Shown piece by piece: positions 21,305-34,500 of a DNA stretch of 64,000 nucleotides (the stretch's first letter is position 1; the number at the start of each line of letters is the position of its first letter). The translations under genes and the position numbers were made by a program. The notes under the pieces were generated by a model. It was not told the DNA's origin and searched no databases. It saw only the letters and a list, made by a program, of their open reading frames with translations. Source of the stretch: Heteronotia binoei (taxonomy: Eukaryota). The DNA lies in contig NC_083235.1 of assembly GCF_032191835.1 (NCBI RefSeq), positions 74,896,001-74,960,000 of the forward strand, in the 5' to 3' direction.

Positions 21305-23420
21305 CAGAACAAAAGAGTTGGGCCATATAGGCCACCTAGTCCAACCCCTTGCTCGATGCAGGACCAGCCTAGAGTAGGAATGTACGCCAAATTCCAAAAA
21401 TATTGGTATATACTAGGGTTGCCAATCCCCAGGTGGGGGCAGGGGATTCCCTGGTTTGCAGGCCCTCCCCCCCGCCTGCAAACCAGGGAATCCTGGGGGA
21501 AGGGGAGGGAAATGTCTGCTGGGAACTCTATTATTCCCTATGGAGATTTATTCCCATAGAAAATGATGGAGAATTGATCCACGGGTATCTGGGGCTCTGG
21601 GGGGGGGGCTGTTTTTTAAGGTAGGGGCACCAAATTTTCAGCACAGCATCTAGTGCCTCTCCCCAAAATATCCCCCAATTTTCAAAACAATTGGACCAGG
21701 GGTCCAATTCTATAAGCTCCAAAAGAAGGTGCCCCTATCCATTATTTCCTATGGAAGGAAGGCATTGAAAAGGTGGGCGGTCCCTTTAAATGTGATGGCC
21801 AGAACTCCCTTTGGAGTTCAATTATGCTTGTCACAGCCTTGATCTTGGCTCCACCCCTAATGTCTCCTAGCTCCACCCCCAAAGTCCCCAGATATTTCTT
21901 AAATTGGACTTGGCAATAAACATGCATGCAACATGAATACCAACGAGCTGCTTAATACTTCTTTATGAACATACATAAGCATAACAAAATGTGCAATACG
22001 TATACTTAGTTGCCACCTAGTAAGTCCACAATGCATTCACATAAGCTACAAAGTCCACAGCGTTTTCACAAATCAGTATTGAGCAAGGTAACGAATTAAG
22101 ATGCTCCAGAAAGACCACAAGTTGGACATGCTTGTAATAGGTGTGTTTCGATGGTGTATCTTCGTCTACAACACAGCTCTTCTGGAACTGAACATAAACA
22201 GTATTGTACAATAACTAAATCAATAATACATGACATTAAACCATACCGTTCAAAACAACACATCTCCATAATAAACAATTTACAAAAGGATTTTGCAGCA
22301 TACTCAACTCACCCACAGACGGGTTATTCTGTAGGCGTGTGCATGTGAATTTCCAAGGCAATCACTTTCTAGCATGGCCGTGTGCCACAGTCTAAAATTT
22401 TTTATATCTGGAACTAAACAAGAACATGATGTTGATGGAATCAATCCCCTTATGCAAAAACATAAACATAAATGGACAAAAACATGCAACCATTTTTATA
22501 ACGAACCTTACCCAGTCCTCAATAAGCTTATGTGAATGCATTGTGGATTTACTAGGTCGCAACTAAGTATATGTATTGCACATTTTGCTATGCTTATGCA
22601 TGTTCCTAAAGAAGTATGAAGCAGCTCATTGGTATTCATGTTGCATGTTTAATGTTTATTGGATGAAGTATCGTATTTAGACTGATGCATTTTGAGTGAT
22701 GCAAGCACGGCTTTCTCCCAGACCTGCCTGGGGATTGGCAACCCTAGAGTGGAGTGGGTTGAAGTCTTTCCTCTCCATTTAAAAGGATCACTGCATGCTG
22801 CTCTGATCCTTTTCCATGGGAGGGAAAATTCAAATCCCTTGGTTTTGCTTTCCCTGCTGCTATGGGTGGCTGGGGAAGAGGTGACTGATCAGGGAGGCAT
22901 GTTTAAATGTCCCCCTTCCCTTCCCCAGCTGGCGCACCATAGCAGGGCATCTGGGGAAGAGAAGACGAATTGGGGAGGTATGCCTTGCATTCCATCTCCG
23001 AGCTGCGGCCGCTCAAGGGAGGGAAGGCAAAGGTCAGTTTCCATCCCCTCCCCTGGGAAGTAGAGGGAACTGAAGCTGACACCCTCCCTTCCCTTTCCCA
23101 GCCCCACCACCTGGGGAATGGAAGGCCAATCAGGGACTCTGAATAAAAACTGAAAAAGATCAGCTATTTTTCAGGATCACCTTATCAGTAGGTAAATCAG
23201 ATTAGAGAATACCAATGAGGTCTCTTTCAGTTATTTATTCCATTCGGCAAAGCGGAATGCACATCTTTAGCTTAGGGCATCCCTGGCAAGTGTTTGTCCA
23301 ACTGCTGCTTAATGACTGCCAGTGAGGGGGAGCTCACCATCTCCCTAGGTAGCCGATTCCACTATTGAATAACTCCTACTGTAAAAAATTTCCCCTGATA
23401 CGCAGTCGGTACCTTCCTGC
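21305..23420. mobile_element. Nested cluster: CR1-type 3' fragment interrupted by an old hAT MITE (21375-23269) containing a TAGGGTTGCC MITE (21414-21916) and an inverted-repeat element
   Basis: CR1-like halves CAGCCTAGAG| and |GCTTAGGGCATCCC; degenerate TIRs TAGGAATGTAC / GCACATCTTTA; TSD GCCTAGAG/GCTTAGGG (6/8). Confidence 0.6.
21915..22660. repeat. Long inverted repeat (about 133-bp arms, about 90% identical) around a 477-bp spacer, probably Penelope-derived
   Basis: Arms 21915-22047 and 22525-22660. Spacer carries GACGAAGATACACCATCGAAAC on the minus strand. Confidence 0.85.
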
Positions 23421-24958
23421 CCTTTATTTAAACTCATTATTGCAAGTCCTCTCCTCTGCTGCAACAGCAACAGCTTCCTGCCCTCCTCTAACTGACAGCC
23501 CTTCAAATACTTCAAGAGAGCAAGACAGGAAACGTGGAAAACTGTACTTCAATGCAGATGGCAGATTAAAATGACATAGATCTGTCACTGTAAATAAGTA
23601 GGTATCAATCAGGTAAGAGGAAATTATCCACGAGTGCAAGGATATAAAACTCATTTTTAGATGCCCTTACGTTTCACATTGAGATAAAAATTTTATGGAA
23701 GATTTCCACAGATGATGGAGGGCTGATTTCTGCCGATCCCTTCCATTCCATTGCCGACTTCCAATGCCCACCAAACCAACATGCCTAGAGGTTCCCTGCC
23801 TTCCAGGAACATCGTTTGGGGCTGCAGCAGAGAGGAGAGACAACGAAGTCACACTCTGCTGATAGAAGTCCTTCTGCAGCAGAAATTTTCGGCAGCATCC
23901 AAACCAAAATGTTAATTCAATGCAAACACACCGTTCATGAATAGTTTATCACATAGGACATTCTACTTCGGTAGCGTGCAAGAGATGGCTCAGGAGAAAC
24001 CACAAGGCCTCAGTAACACCCATGAATCTGAAGCCTACAGTGAAGAGTAACCTAGGACTGTGACAATATCCATTTCCTTCCCCAGCACCCTACATTTTTA
24101 TGTTGCTAGAATTTTGGTTCATCCTAGCATCTTTATAGAACATCAGGTTTCCATGGCACCTGATATACTGTGTGATATTGGACTTATATTTAGAAACTAG
24201 AACAAGGATCACATGAGCACCCAAATGGATATGCTGCTGTTGTTATAGCAACCAACTTCTCTGTGCGATTACGCAAGTCGAGATTGTTTTTAGTCAGAGA
24301 AGAGAATTCACAGTTGAACAAAGACCTCCTCAAAAGTCTTACGGTTCCAGGGATTTGACCCAACGTAGGACAGACGTTAATTATTTCTTAGTATTAAAGA
24401 CTAGTGGCAGACAGAAGCACAGCAACATTTCTGCAGCATTCATTACTGTGTGCTCTTCAGTCACTGTAAAGTTGGAGAGAACTCAGGAGGAGCAAACATG
24501 ATGGTGCAGCGTGGCCTGTGATGACCCTTTCGAGAATCACTTGCCCTAATCCATGAGCATGTACCAAGCCCAGCCTGTATGCACCACTTCGTCAACAAAA
24601 ACCACATTCTATGGCATCACTGCATCGTTCAAGCTCTCTAAAGGGCTTTGTTACCCTCTTAACTATGGCCTCTTGTTTTCCAGTAACCCTGAAACCGTCA
24701 GTCACAATGCAAGGACCAGGCCAGCTGCAAAGTGAAAGCTTTATGGAGGACTCGCATCGCACTGTCAGGGGCTCCACCACATGAACCATCAGGGAGAGAA
24801 ATCCAAGTTTCATAAGCAAGAAATGCTCAGCGCCAAAGAAGTTTGCAGAACTGTATGTCTTCTTCACTGCGGCTTTTGCCTGCACCTGAATGGGTGGGAG
24901 ATAATGCAGCTGCCTTAGTATGGTTACTTACAATTCTATTCCAGTTTCCCTAAACACT

Positions 24959-25184
24959 GGGGAGGACGGTGGCTCAGTGGTAGAGCATCTGCTTGGTAAG
25001 CAGAAGGTCCCAGGTTCAATCCCCGGCATCTCCAACTAAAAAGGTCCAGGCAAATAGGTGTGAAAAGCCTCAGCTTGAGACCCTGGAGAGCCGCTGCCAG
25101 TCTGAGTAGACAATACTGACTTTGATGGACCAAGGGTCTGATTCAGTATAAGGCAGTATAAGGCCTCATATGTCTTCATATGTC
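24959..25184 (+). mobile_element. tRNA-Ala-derived SINE
   Basis: Same family as 2810-3044. Confidence 0.85.
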
Positions 25185-25859
25185 TACTGGATAAAAGGTG
25201 GGCCAAGCTGAAGATCTGACTTGGGTGGCAGTCTCACATAAGAAATGCCTCAGACTTGGTAAACTGCTCTCCTTTCTGTTTACCCAGAGCACAAAATCAT
25301 GAACACAGCACTAAGACAGCTCTGCACTGAGTCAATATGAGATCATCTATTAGATCTCAATGTGAAGTGATTCAAAGTTCTTGATTTCTATGTCCAAAGT
25401 CAGTCTTATCAATAAAAGACATTTGCCAAGGGTCTAACATTCCTTGTTGCAAGCACTACAAAACATGCTTCCATGATTGAAGGGGTATCTACCTTCAAAT
25501 CATATTTATGTCATCACAGCCTCTTCCCAACTTTACAGATTCCTGTGTTTTTTACCATGTATATGAAAATATGTGCTGACTTCCTATGCGTAAAGCATAT
25601 TTTAAGTGTGGGGTGCCAAAAACTGCTCAACCGCAGAAACTGCACTGTTTAACAGGAAACACTCATATAGGGAAGAAACAGTCCAAAAACAAAGTGAGGG
25701 ACAGAAAACATTAGCATGTATTGAACTCTTCATATGTATAGGCTAAGCAGACAAATGACATTTTTAACTTAGCAAAACAACACATTGGCTGAGGCAGTGG
25801 GTGTCCAAGGACCTATGTCAACATGGAACTAATCAAACCGGCAGAAATTAGTGTCAGAA

Positions 25860-26040
25860 TGTCACCATTGCTGCCAGATTAAACTAAATTATGAACTTTT
25901 AAATACATTAACGGGTTTTTATGATGTTAAATTTAAGTTTTATTGTTAAATTTAAAGTTTTTACATTTATTATTGTATATGTATAAGATATTGTTAGCCG
26001 CCCTGAGCCTGCTTAGGCGGGGAGGGCGGGATACAAATAC
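25860..26040 (+). mobile_element. L2 3' UTR/tail fragment
   Basis: GTTAGCCGCCCTGAGCCTGCTT...GGGAGGGCGGGATACAAATA, matching the tail of the L2 at 58040-58090. Confidence 0.75.
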
Positions 26041-27936
26041 AGCTAGATCGGTAGCTGAATCAGATTAGAAAATCTGATTCAGCCAAGCAAGTGCCCCCCA
26101 AAATACTGATAAGGTATTTATTTGGCCTGGTATATACTGTGCATACACCCCTCGTTCTGGTACCTTATCCAGCTTGCCTTTTGAGGTCCTTTCAGTTGCC
26201 CCACGGGGGAGTAAGTTCATACTTCCTGCAGCCAGGCTCTTCAGTCCTCCTCTGAGTACTTCTGCCACACTTTTATATTCAGCACATCAAAAGAGGCTGC
26301 TCCCAGTCCACCAGTGGCAGCACGGTATCACACCCAGCCTGACCATATTGAGTTCTGACTGGGACAATAGCTACATAAAGCTGATACTTGGCTCCAGAGG
26401 CTGTTCCTACCTTATATCAGTCAGGTTGGGCAATGGCTCTTTTTTCGTTATACCCTACTTCCCCCAGTGGGGATCCAAAGCAACTTATAACCTCATTTTG
26501 CCCTCCTCCATTTAACCCTCACAATAACCAATCCATAAGGCAAATTAGGCTGCAAGTGACTGACCCAAATCACCTAGAGAACTATCATGGTAGAATGGGA
26601 ATTCAAATGCAGGTCTCTCAGATACTGTTCTGACACTCTAAATACACCTCCATGCTGGCTCTTGACCAAATATAACTTTTATTTTTTCTTTACTTATTTT
26701 TTTATTTTACCACTTTTTTTGTCTTATGTACATTCTTGGTTGAGGCTACAGAAATTGTTTTTGACAAATCTTTCTGTCTCCATACTGTGGAGCAATAGGC
26801 CTGCTCAGGCCTGCAGACTCACCCTGCCTTCCAAGGTTTTCACAACACTTGGGGAGGCTTTTCTTGGGTAACCACTGCCACCACCTGACTTTCGTAAGAA
26901 ATTGCCCACCGGGAGGGTCAGGACTCCCAGCTTTCCTTTCAAGTTCTAAGGCCTTGCCTCTGTGTCTCCTGCTGCCCAATGACTGGTCACCACGGTGACC
27001 ATTTACTGCCCTGTGAGTCACTGGAGGAATAGCCACTTGCCAACTGACTGTCTTCCCCGGTGCCCCTTTTAAAATTGTATGTCTAAGATGTTGGAGGTGT
27101 TTGTGGTACAGAGAAGCACTACCAGCAGGAAAAGTTATAGAGTACTTATTTAAAAGAAAATGTTCACAAGCATACTTTTAGCACGGCACCAGACTGAGTG
27201 TGGGTTTCAAAAGAAATGGGTAAAATGCAATTCCTCTGGCAAGTCACACACCAAGAAACCCGGAAGAGGTGCATGTTCACCCAAAAGGTAACTCCTTAGC
27301 TTATGAAGTTACAGATCTCTACCGAGTGTCAATACATTGAAGCTTCCTTTAGCTGCCCATGCCAACTTATAGCTCGTGGTTACTTTCTCCAGACCTTAGT
27401 TAAAAGTTCTGTCTGCTCTGATGGACTCAGCACAAAAGAGACAGTTTCCTCCTTGCTCACCAGAGTTTCATCAGCTTTCTCTCCCACCCCCCCATCCCCC
27501 AACGACCAGGTCATCAGAGAAACTTTTCCTGAAGTCTCCAGAATTTCCTTCCTGAAGTCTCTCTAGTATTTAACAGCTCCAAATTAGAGATGGGCACAGA
27601 ACACGAAAATGGTGGTTTCCTGGGTTGCCCAATTTGGTGGTTCATTTTATTTCAGTTTCCTAAATGATTTGTGGTTCACTGGTTTGTTCCGTTTGGAAAG
27701 ACGCAGAATGCCCCAAGTGGGCTAGAGATGCCAAACCTGTGGCAAACTCTTCAGCAGACTCTCCTCGACCTGCTTTCCAAGTTTGGTGCAAATTGGATTT
27801 TTGGGGGCCGAACTACAGCCCCCCAAAGCAGGTGCCCCCAGTAAACTGCTCTCCTAGGAGCTGAGGAAAGAAAGGAAAGCCGCTCTGCAGCTTCTGGTCG
27901 GTTTCACTCCCAGGAAGCTTGGAAACTGATTAGAAG

Positions 27937-28852
27937 AAACAGGTTGCTTACCTGTAACTGATGATCTTCGAGTGGTCATCTGTGCATCCACACCCATGGG
28001 ATGAAGCTTCGGCGCCGATCCCTGATCAGTAGTACCCAAGACCGGGATTTTAATGTGCCAACGCCCCGTGAGCATGCGCAAAGCCCCCAGTACGCATGCT
28101 CACGGGATGGCGTGGAGATCCCGCCAGTTCCTTCTGACCGCAGTCAGTCACAAAAATGACCAACAGCAAAGGGGAAGGAGGGCGGGTGGTATGAATGCAC
28201 AGATGACCACTTGAAGATCATCAGTTATAGGTAAGCAACCTGTTTGTCTTCTTGAGCTCTCCTGGCAAATGTGTGGCCACCACAAAGATGTTTGTTCTGA
28301 TGCAATCTTCCCATAGGCTCATTGCTAAAGCGCACAGTTTTCTTGAGACCGTGCCTCCCTGCCTGTTGACATAGGCCATAGCAGTAGTGTTGTCTGTTAG
28401 AATGGCTACAGTCTTGTGTTCCAACAGGGGCCTGAAGGAAGTGAGGGCTAACCTGATAGCAGTCAGCTCTAGGTACTTGTGGTGCTGCGCGAAAGAAGCA
28501 TTCAGATCATCCAGATGAGCCCCCCAACAGAGAGGCATCTGTTAATATCGTCACCAATGGGAACGGAAGTTGGAATGAAGCTCCCTGGCAAAGGTTGTCT
28601 CTCGCTTTCCACCATTCCAGAGAGTGGAGAACTAAAGCAGGGATGGGTAAGGACCTCCGCCGAGAGTCCCGCAATGGATTGAAGCACCTTAGGAACCACA
28701 GCTGTAGTGTCCACATGCGAAACTTCGCGAAGCGGAGAACATTCGTGGTGGCTGCCATCAATCCCAGGAGACTCTGGAAATGCAGCAATGTCCCCCTCTT
28801 CTGAAGTTGCAGTTGAGAGACCAGAGCAATAATGTCCGATGCTCTGCTGCGA
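27937..28852 (-). mobile_element. DIRS-type tyrosine-recombinase retrotransposon remnant (RT C-terminus/RNase H fused to terminal inverted-repeat structure)
   Basis: LGLMAA...LQLWFL...SLEWW...TDASLLG/WGAHL...LELTAIRLAL..F...TDNTTAMAYVNRQGGT.S..L...HLPG, with a frameshift near 28525. 54-bp inverted arms at 27937-27990 and 28192-28245. Confidence 0.9.
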
Positions 28853-28960
28853 GCCCTCTCCAGCCACACCCACCTCACAGGGTGTCTATTGTGGGGAAGG
28901 AAGGTAAAGGAGATTGTGAGCCGCTCTGAGACTCTTCGGAGTGGAGGGTGGGATATAAGT
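28853..28960 (+). mobile_element. 5'-truncated Squam3-type SINE
   Basis: GAGCCCTCTCCAGCCACACCCACCTCACAGGG...GGATATAA. Confidence 0.85.
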
Positions 28961-29299
28961 GAATCTGTCATCAAATTGTGACTGTTGCAAGCCACCCTCA
29001 GCCTGTTTGGGGAGGGCGGGATATAAGTGCAATAAATAAATAAATGAAGTACTTCCTGCTCAACTTTAAAGGCGTGCACACACACACATTTTAAAACCGA
29101 ACTTGTTTCTAAACCTGAGGGAGATCTAAAAGTACTGGTGGCTGTGGGGGTGGGGCTTCCCCCTGCCGGCCACCCGGCTGGGGGCGGGGGGACGCCTGTA
29201 AAACCGGGGAATCCCCCGCTGGGACCTGGGGATTGGGAAGCCTAGGCTGAATATTTCATTTCTACCAAAAGGGAATTGGCAGCTGGCCATGGATCCTAA

Positions 29300-29472
29300 A
29301 GACCAGTCAAAAACTGTCCTAGCAATTGGTCTTAGGAAAGTCCCAGCCATGTTCAAAAGGCTGGTGTGTAAGTGGTTAACAGAGTTCAAAGGATTACTCT
29401 TGTTTGTATCAATTACACTGTGCATATAAGAGAGGAGAATGTCATTGCAGATGTACTCTCCAGAACCACCTA
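29300..29472 (+). mobile_element. Possible Gypsy-type RNase H C-terminal remnant
   Basis: Frameshifted YKRG/ENVIADVLSRTT* resembles the G.EN..AD.LSR motif; an LTR-like region may follow. Confidence 0.35.
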
Positions 29473-29689
29473 AAGGTAGAGGATGTTAAAACAGGTTGTT
29501 GATGCATTTTAAATATTGTATATTATATATAATAGTATATAAAGTTTAACTTTTGGTATTAAAGCAAACAAAAATGTAAAATGCACTCACGTTTCACCTA
29601 TTGCACAGGAGAGGATTGTGGGAACCTACCCTGAAGCAATGAATTCAAAGGGTGGGACGTGACAGACTTCATTTTTTAAAAGCTTAGAA

Positions 29690-29852
29690 CTGCTGTACAA
29701 ACAGTTAGGGAGCAGAGGTCCATCAGTGGCTATTAGCCACAGTGCGTGTGTAAATATATAATTTTTTTTTGGCCACTGTGCGACACAGAGTGTTGGACTG
29801 GATGGGCCACTGGCCTGATCCAACATGGCTTCTCTTATGTTCTTATGTTCTT
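29690..29852 (+). mobile_element. CR1 3' end fragment
   Basis: GGTCCATCAGTGGCTATTAG...GGCTTCTCTTATGTTCTTATGTTCTTA; same family as 43176-43420. Confidence 0.85.
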
Positions 29853-32800
29853 AAACAACTGAAGGACTGTGGAGGGTTAATTCTTCACAGAAACAGAAAG
29901 CCTCAAGTGACAGGCTGCTCCATGCAATCTGATTGGTTAGCATCAGCTGAGCAGAAAAAGTCCAGAGAGATCTGTATGCTGAGGAGAGATTTAGTCAGAT
30001 TTCTGCCTTGACTGAGTTGAGTATTGACAGACTGATTTCAGTCTTAAAGAGCTCCCATTTCTTCCCTCAGGTTCCTGGGCTGAGCAAAGAGACAAAATGT
30101 TATACTGTGACAAGATGGGACAGCCAGATTTCTTCAGGAAAGAAGCAAACAGACAGCTAGGGCTGCTCAGTCACAAAATTGAAAGGAAAATGGAAGAAAA
30201 ATCTTTCCTCTGAGTGAAGGAAGTGGACAGGGCCATCATAGTCACCTTTTAATGATCTCCCAGCCATTTGCCTCACACTTCTTTTATTACCTGATTGCGT
30301 AGACTCCATAATTATGGCATCCTAGACACAACAATAATACGCGATTGCACAAGGTCTTCCTGGCGTCTCTAAGATGTCAGAACCTTAAGTCTACCCTAGC
30401 CAGGAGGAGAACAGGAAGACCAAGGCAGCAGTGGGAGCTGAAGAATTAAAATTTGGATATTAAAGCATAACTCAAGACAAGGCTTAGAAAATCATTGCTG
30501 ACTGTTGTAAGTTTTTTAAAATGGTTCCGTTTTCATAAATGTAATAAAGCTACCCCCCAAAAAAGCAACCGCAGCAAACACTCAAAAAGTCAGAAATAAA
30601 AAGGTTATTCTTCCATTTTGGAAGAAGGTTATTTTCTTCCATAAAAAGGTTATTCTTCCTCTCATAAACGTTGATAAACTTTCACTATGAGGAAGTTTCC
30701 TCACAGCGAGTCTTTAACAGGCAGTCCTTACACATTGTAACTTCAGTCTCAGCCTAATCGTTTCAAGTAACTATCATATTTATATTGCTTAATGCAATTC
30801 AAATGTGATCAGTCTCTCATTATTTCTTACTCACTTGCATGCTTTTCAACCCAACAACATAATTATAGAATAACTCCCTACAATCCAACAGTAATTAACC
30901 CAGATAAAAGGAATCAAGCCCCAGGCCCCTGCACACTCGACCACGTAATGAGGTCATCAGGAGCAGAGACTATTCCAGCATGAATCAGACCCTGCTTGGC
31001 ACTATACTCACTTCGCACCACTTCCTGAACAGAGGGGGACTGGATTGTATGTCTGAATCATGCTAGGCGAGGCAACTGGCTTTGCTTTGCTTGAGTTCTT
31101 AGACACTCAACACATTACTAGATTTACCCAAAAGGAAGACTAAGTCTTCCCCTGCCAAGGGGTGCCATCGAGAAAAAGATGGAATCATCTTACATTCACA
31201 TACAACTTGAATATATGTACCCTAATAATATTTGAGGGGTATAATAATTATTTAGGCAGGTCACCTTACAGCAATCTAGCACCAGAGATTGCTATGCATA
31301 ATTTGTGTATTCATTATTTATTTTACTTATTTTGATTTTTAAACAGCTGTCCCCTGCAGATCAGACCTCAGGGTGGTGTGCATCAAAATGCTCATTAAAA
31401 AAACCAATAAAAGTTTAAAATCACAAAAATAATAGTAATACCAGTCGGATGGCAGTAAAGCTACCAGGTTAAGTCACTGCTTCGTGGCGGAAGAGGAGAG
31501 GCAGGAAAAGCAGGAGAGCCAGCCAGATAAAGAACCATCGCTGCACGCATCCAAGCACTTGGTGGGACTTCTCTGCCTTGCAAGCCATGCAGAACTGCAG
31601 TAAGTCCCATAGGGTACAGTTGTTACTTGGCAGAGAATTCCACCAGGTTTGGGAAAAAGAGGAGGAGGAAACTAGGAACCAAAAGGATCAGTCCAAGACT
31701 GATTTCCCTCATTTCAGCCACTCAACTGGTGCAAGGGTTCTCCCCCCCCCCCCCCCATTTCAGCCACTCAACTGGTGCAAGGCTCTCCCACCGCACGCCC
31801 CACTCCCATTTCCAGTTGATGCTGTCTCCAGTTTGTGCGCAGACTGTTAACAGCCCGTTCTTTACACATACACAAGCACATCTGCTTCACTTGACACCTG
31901 TTCTTTCAAAAGATATTTTCTGCACAGGATGCTATCTGTACAAGAAGTTTCTTGTGTCTGAAAGGGAAACAGCGCAAGAGCTATTCAGTCTTTTCATCTG
32001 TCGATGATTGCATGAGACAGACCCTTGCAACAATTAGTATAACAAGAAGGTTCTGCTCCTATTCGGATTTTTTTTTTAAAGTTTGTTAAAGGTTCCAGCC
32101 AGCTCATTTTCAAAACAACAACAAAAACAGAAGAGAATCATCCAGAGCTCCACCTTTCTTTAAGGGAGGTGAGATTGTTAGAGATATGAAAGTTTTTTTT
32201 TTTAAAAAAATTTTTTTAGAAGAATCCAAGTGGAGGACCTGCCAGAACCTTGCAGGGAGGGGGCATTCCCCCAACTCTGCTTTCCCCTCCCCCCTTCATG
32301 CAGGCTCCCTCTTGCTCCCCCCTCTCTCCCCTCCCGCCACCTCCTGCCAGCCCAGCCCAGCCCATCTTCACCATCGCTGTCATAGTGCTGCAGCTGCTCC
32401 ACATTGAGAGCCCAGAGGAGCAGGCCCAGGCAGAGCAGTGGCAGCCTGTGGCAGCAAGGAGAGCCAGAAGAGCACCCTAGGTGAGGGGACGGGGCAAAAC
32501 GCCTGCTCCCCTCCCTTCCCTTGCTGGGTGAGAAAAAGGGAAGGGAGGGTATCCTGCTGGCCTTATGGAAGCTGTGGCAGGGACCCAGCGACAGCGGCTT
32601 TCAGGGTGTCCTGACAGCTGCAAGAGGGACCTAGCTGCTACCGCAACAGCTTGTGTGGTGTCTTGGAGGGCACAGGAGGGACTTCTGAGGAAGGGCGCAG
32701 GAGGTGGTGGCTTCTGAGGAAAGAGCAGGCACCGCACCCTGCGCTTCTGCCCTGCAAGCCATGAGATCGGGGCTTGCAGGGCCAGAGGAGGCGGCTCCCC

Positions 32801-34264
32801 ACTCACAAAGAGCAGGCACTGTGCAAGCCTGCCCTGTAAGCCCCGAGACTGGGGTTTGGAGGGCAAGAGCAGGCAACCCCCTCTCAGAAAGAGTGGGCAC
32901 TGCATGCACTTGCCTCACAAGCTTCAAATTTGTAGCTGGGGGTAGGCACACACTGTGCCCATGGGGTCATGGAGGATTGTTGGGGGTGGGGCTTCCGCCA
33001 CCCACCAACTGGCTAGCGTCAGGAAGAAGCCTCCAAAATCAGGGGATCCCCCACCCCCTGGGGACTGGTATCCCCGGGTGGAAGCCTTGAGGGGACAGAT
33101 TTTAGGGAGAGAAGAAGTCTCAGCAGGGTATAATGCCATGAAGTTCATCATCCAGAGCAGCTGTTTTCTCTAAGGGAACTGATCTTGGTCATCTGGTGAT
33201 AAACTGTAATAGTGAGAGATCTCCAGGTGTCACCTTGAGGTTGGCAACTCTACTTATCATGTTTGCATAATTGCATTTTTTGTTGTTTTGGTAGCCATCT
33301 TGAGTCTGAGGAGCTAAGGCCACTTGTAAGTATTTTAAATAAATAAATAAATAATGATAACCTTCTTGCCTAAAAGTAGTTAAGCATCTAAGAAGCAAGG
33401 TAAGGAATACTTTACCTGATGCATGGTCCATTAGGACAGCATTTGGTCTGGTTAAGGATCTCAACTGTATTCAAGACAAATTATTTTGGTGTGTACCTTT
33501 GGGAAACATACAGGGGTTTTAGCAACTTGCCAGCTACAATATCTCCAAAAATAAATTTTAATTGCTGTGTATCTTATTCACATTTCCAGTTTTTAGCTGT
33601 ACATTTAACATGATTTAAGGGTATGTAATAACATGAATTACTAGTATTACGGGATTGCATACTCAGAGATTACACAACTTCTTTTTTAACCACAGGCACA
33701 ATGAAAAGTACCTCTTCTGGCTGCCACCTAATTCACATGAAGCATGAGTTTGGGGAAACAGGAAGGCAAAACAGAATATAAATTACATGGCAACATTGGT
33801 TACTAAATAGGAAAGTAACTACAAAAGTACATAGACCAGAAAACAAAATTATGATATAGAATTATTATCAGTGTCACATTGCCCCCATAAATATGCACAA
33901 TTTTATAGGAATACAACAGGTCAAAAATCAAACACATCCCAAAAGTCTTCTTTACAATCAGCCATTCCACAAATTTTCAAGATCTGTGTATCCTGTGTAA
34001 GTCTCATCTTACAACACTCCCCTTTAACAAACTTCTAAAAATCCCTCAATCTTTGACACATTGCACCTTTATAAGAGATTTATATCTTGATGTGAGCAAC
34101 ATGAAATGAATGCCTTATGATCTCTACGTTTATGTCTATAATTGGGTCTTTCAAAGTTTGCACTCTGTATTTAGTAGACAGAACTATAACTTGGACAAAA
34201 CTTTGCATCAATTTCCAACTGATATTTTAATTGGAAGAATTGCTGAGAAATCTGTTGTAATTTA

Positions 34265-34500
34265 GACCGTGGCTTCTGACTTTTTTCGTTTGCCTCAAAT
34301 CACAGTTGTCTTATTGCAATCCCATGGGGTTTTCAAGGCAAGAAACTTTCAGAGGTGGCTTGCCATTGCCTGCCACCATGTCAGGAGTCAAGACTCTGGG
34401 ATTCCTTTGTGGTCTCCCATTCACATACTAAGCAGGGCCAGGACTGCTTAGCTTCCAAGATCTGGCAAGATCAGGTTACCCTGGGCTATCAAGGTCAAGG
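34265..34500 (-). mobile_element. 5S rRNA-derived SINE with Sauria-like tail
   Basis: Reverse complement CCTGATCTTGCCAGATCTTGGAAGCTAAGCAG...GAATGGGAGACC follows 5S rRNA; tail GGTGGCTTGCCATTGCCTGCC resembles the Sauria/BovB tail. Confidence 0.7.

Noticed and set aside
23660-31020. Isolated strong minus-strand donors (about 23670, 26822, 30830, 31010)
   Set aside because: No matching acceptor or ATG in a phase compatible with the WW exon; consistent with chance or unverifiable non-coding exons.
34398-34500. 5S rRNA-like sequence
   Set aside because: Many substitutions and attached to a SINE tail; not an rRNA gene.
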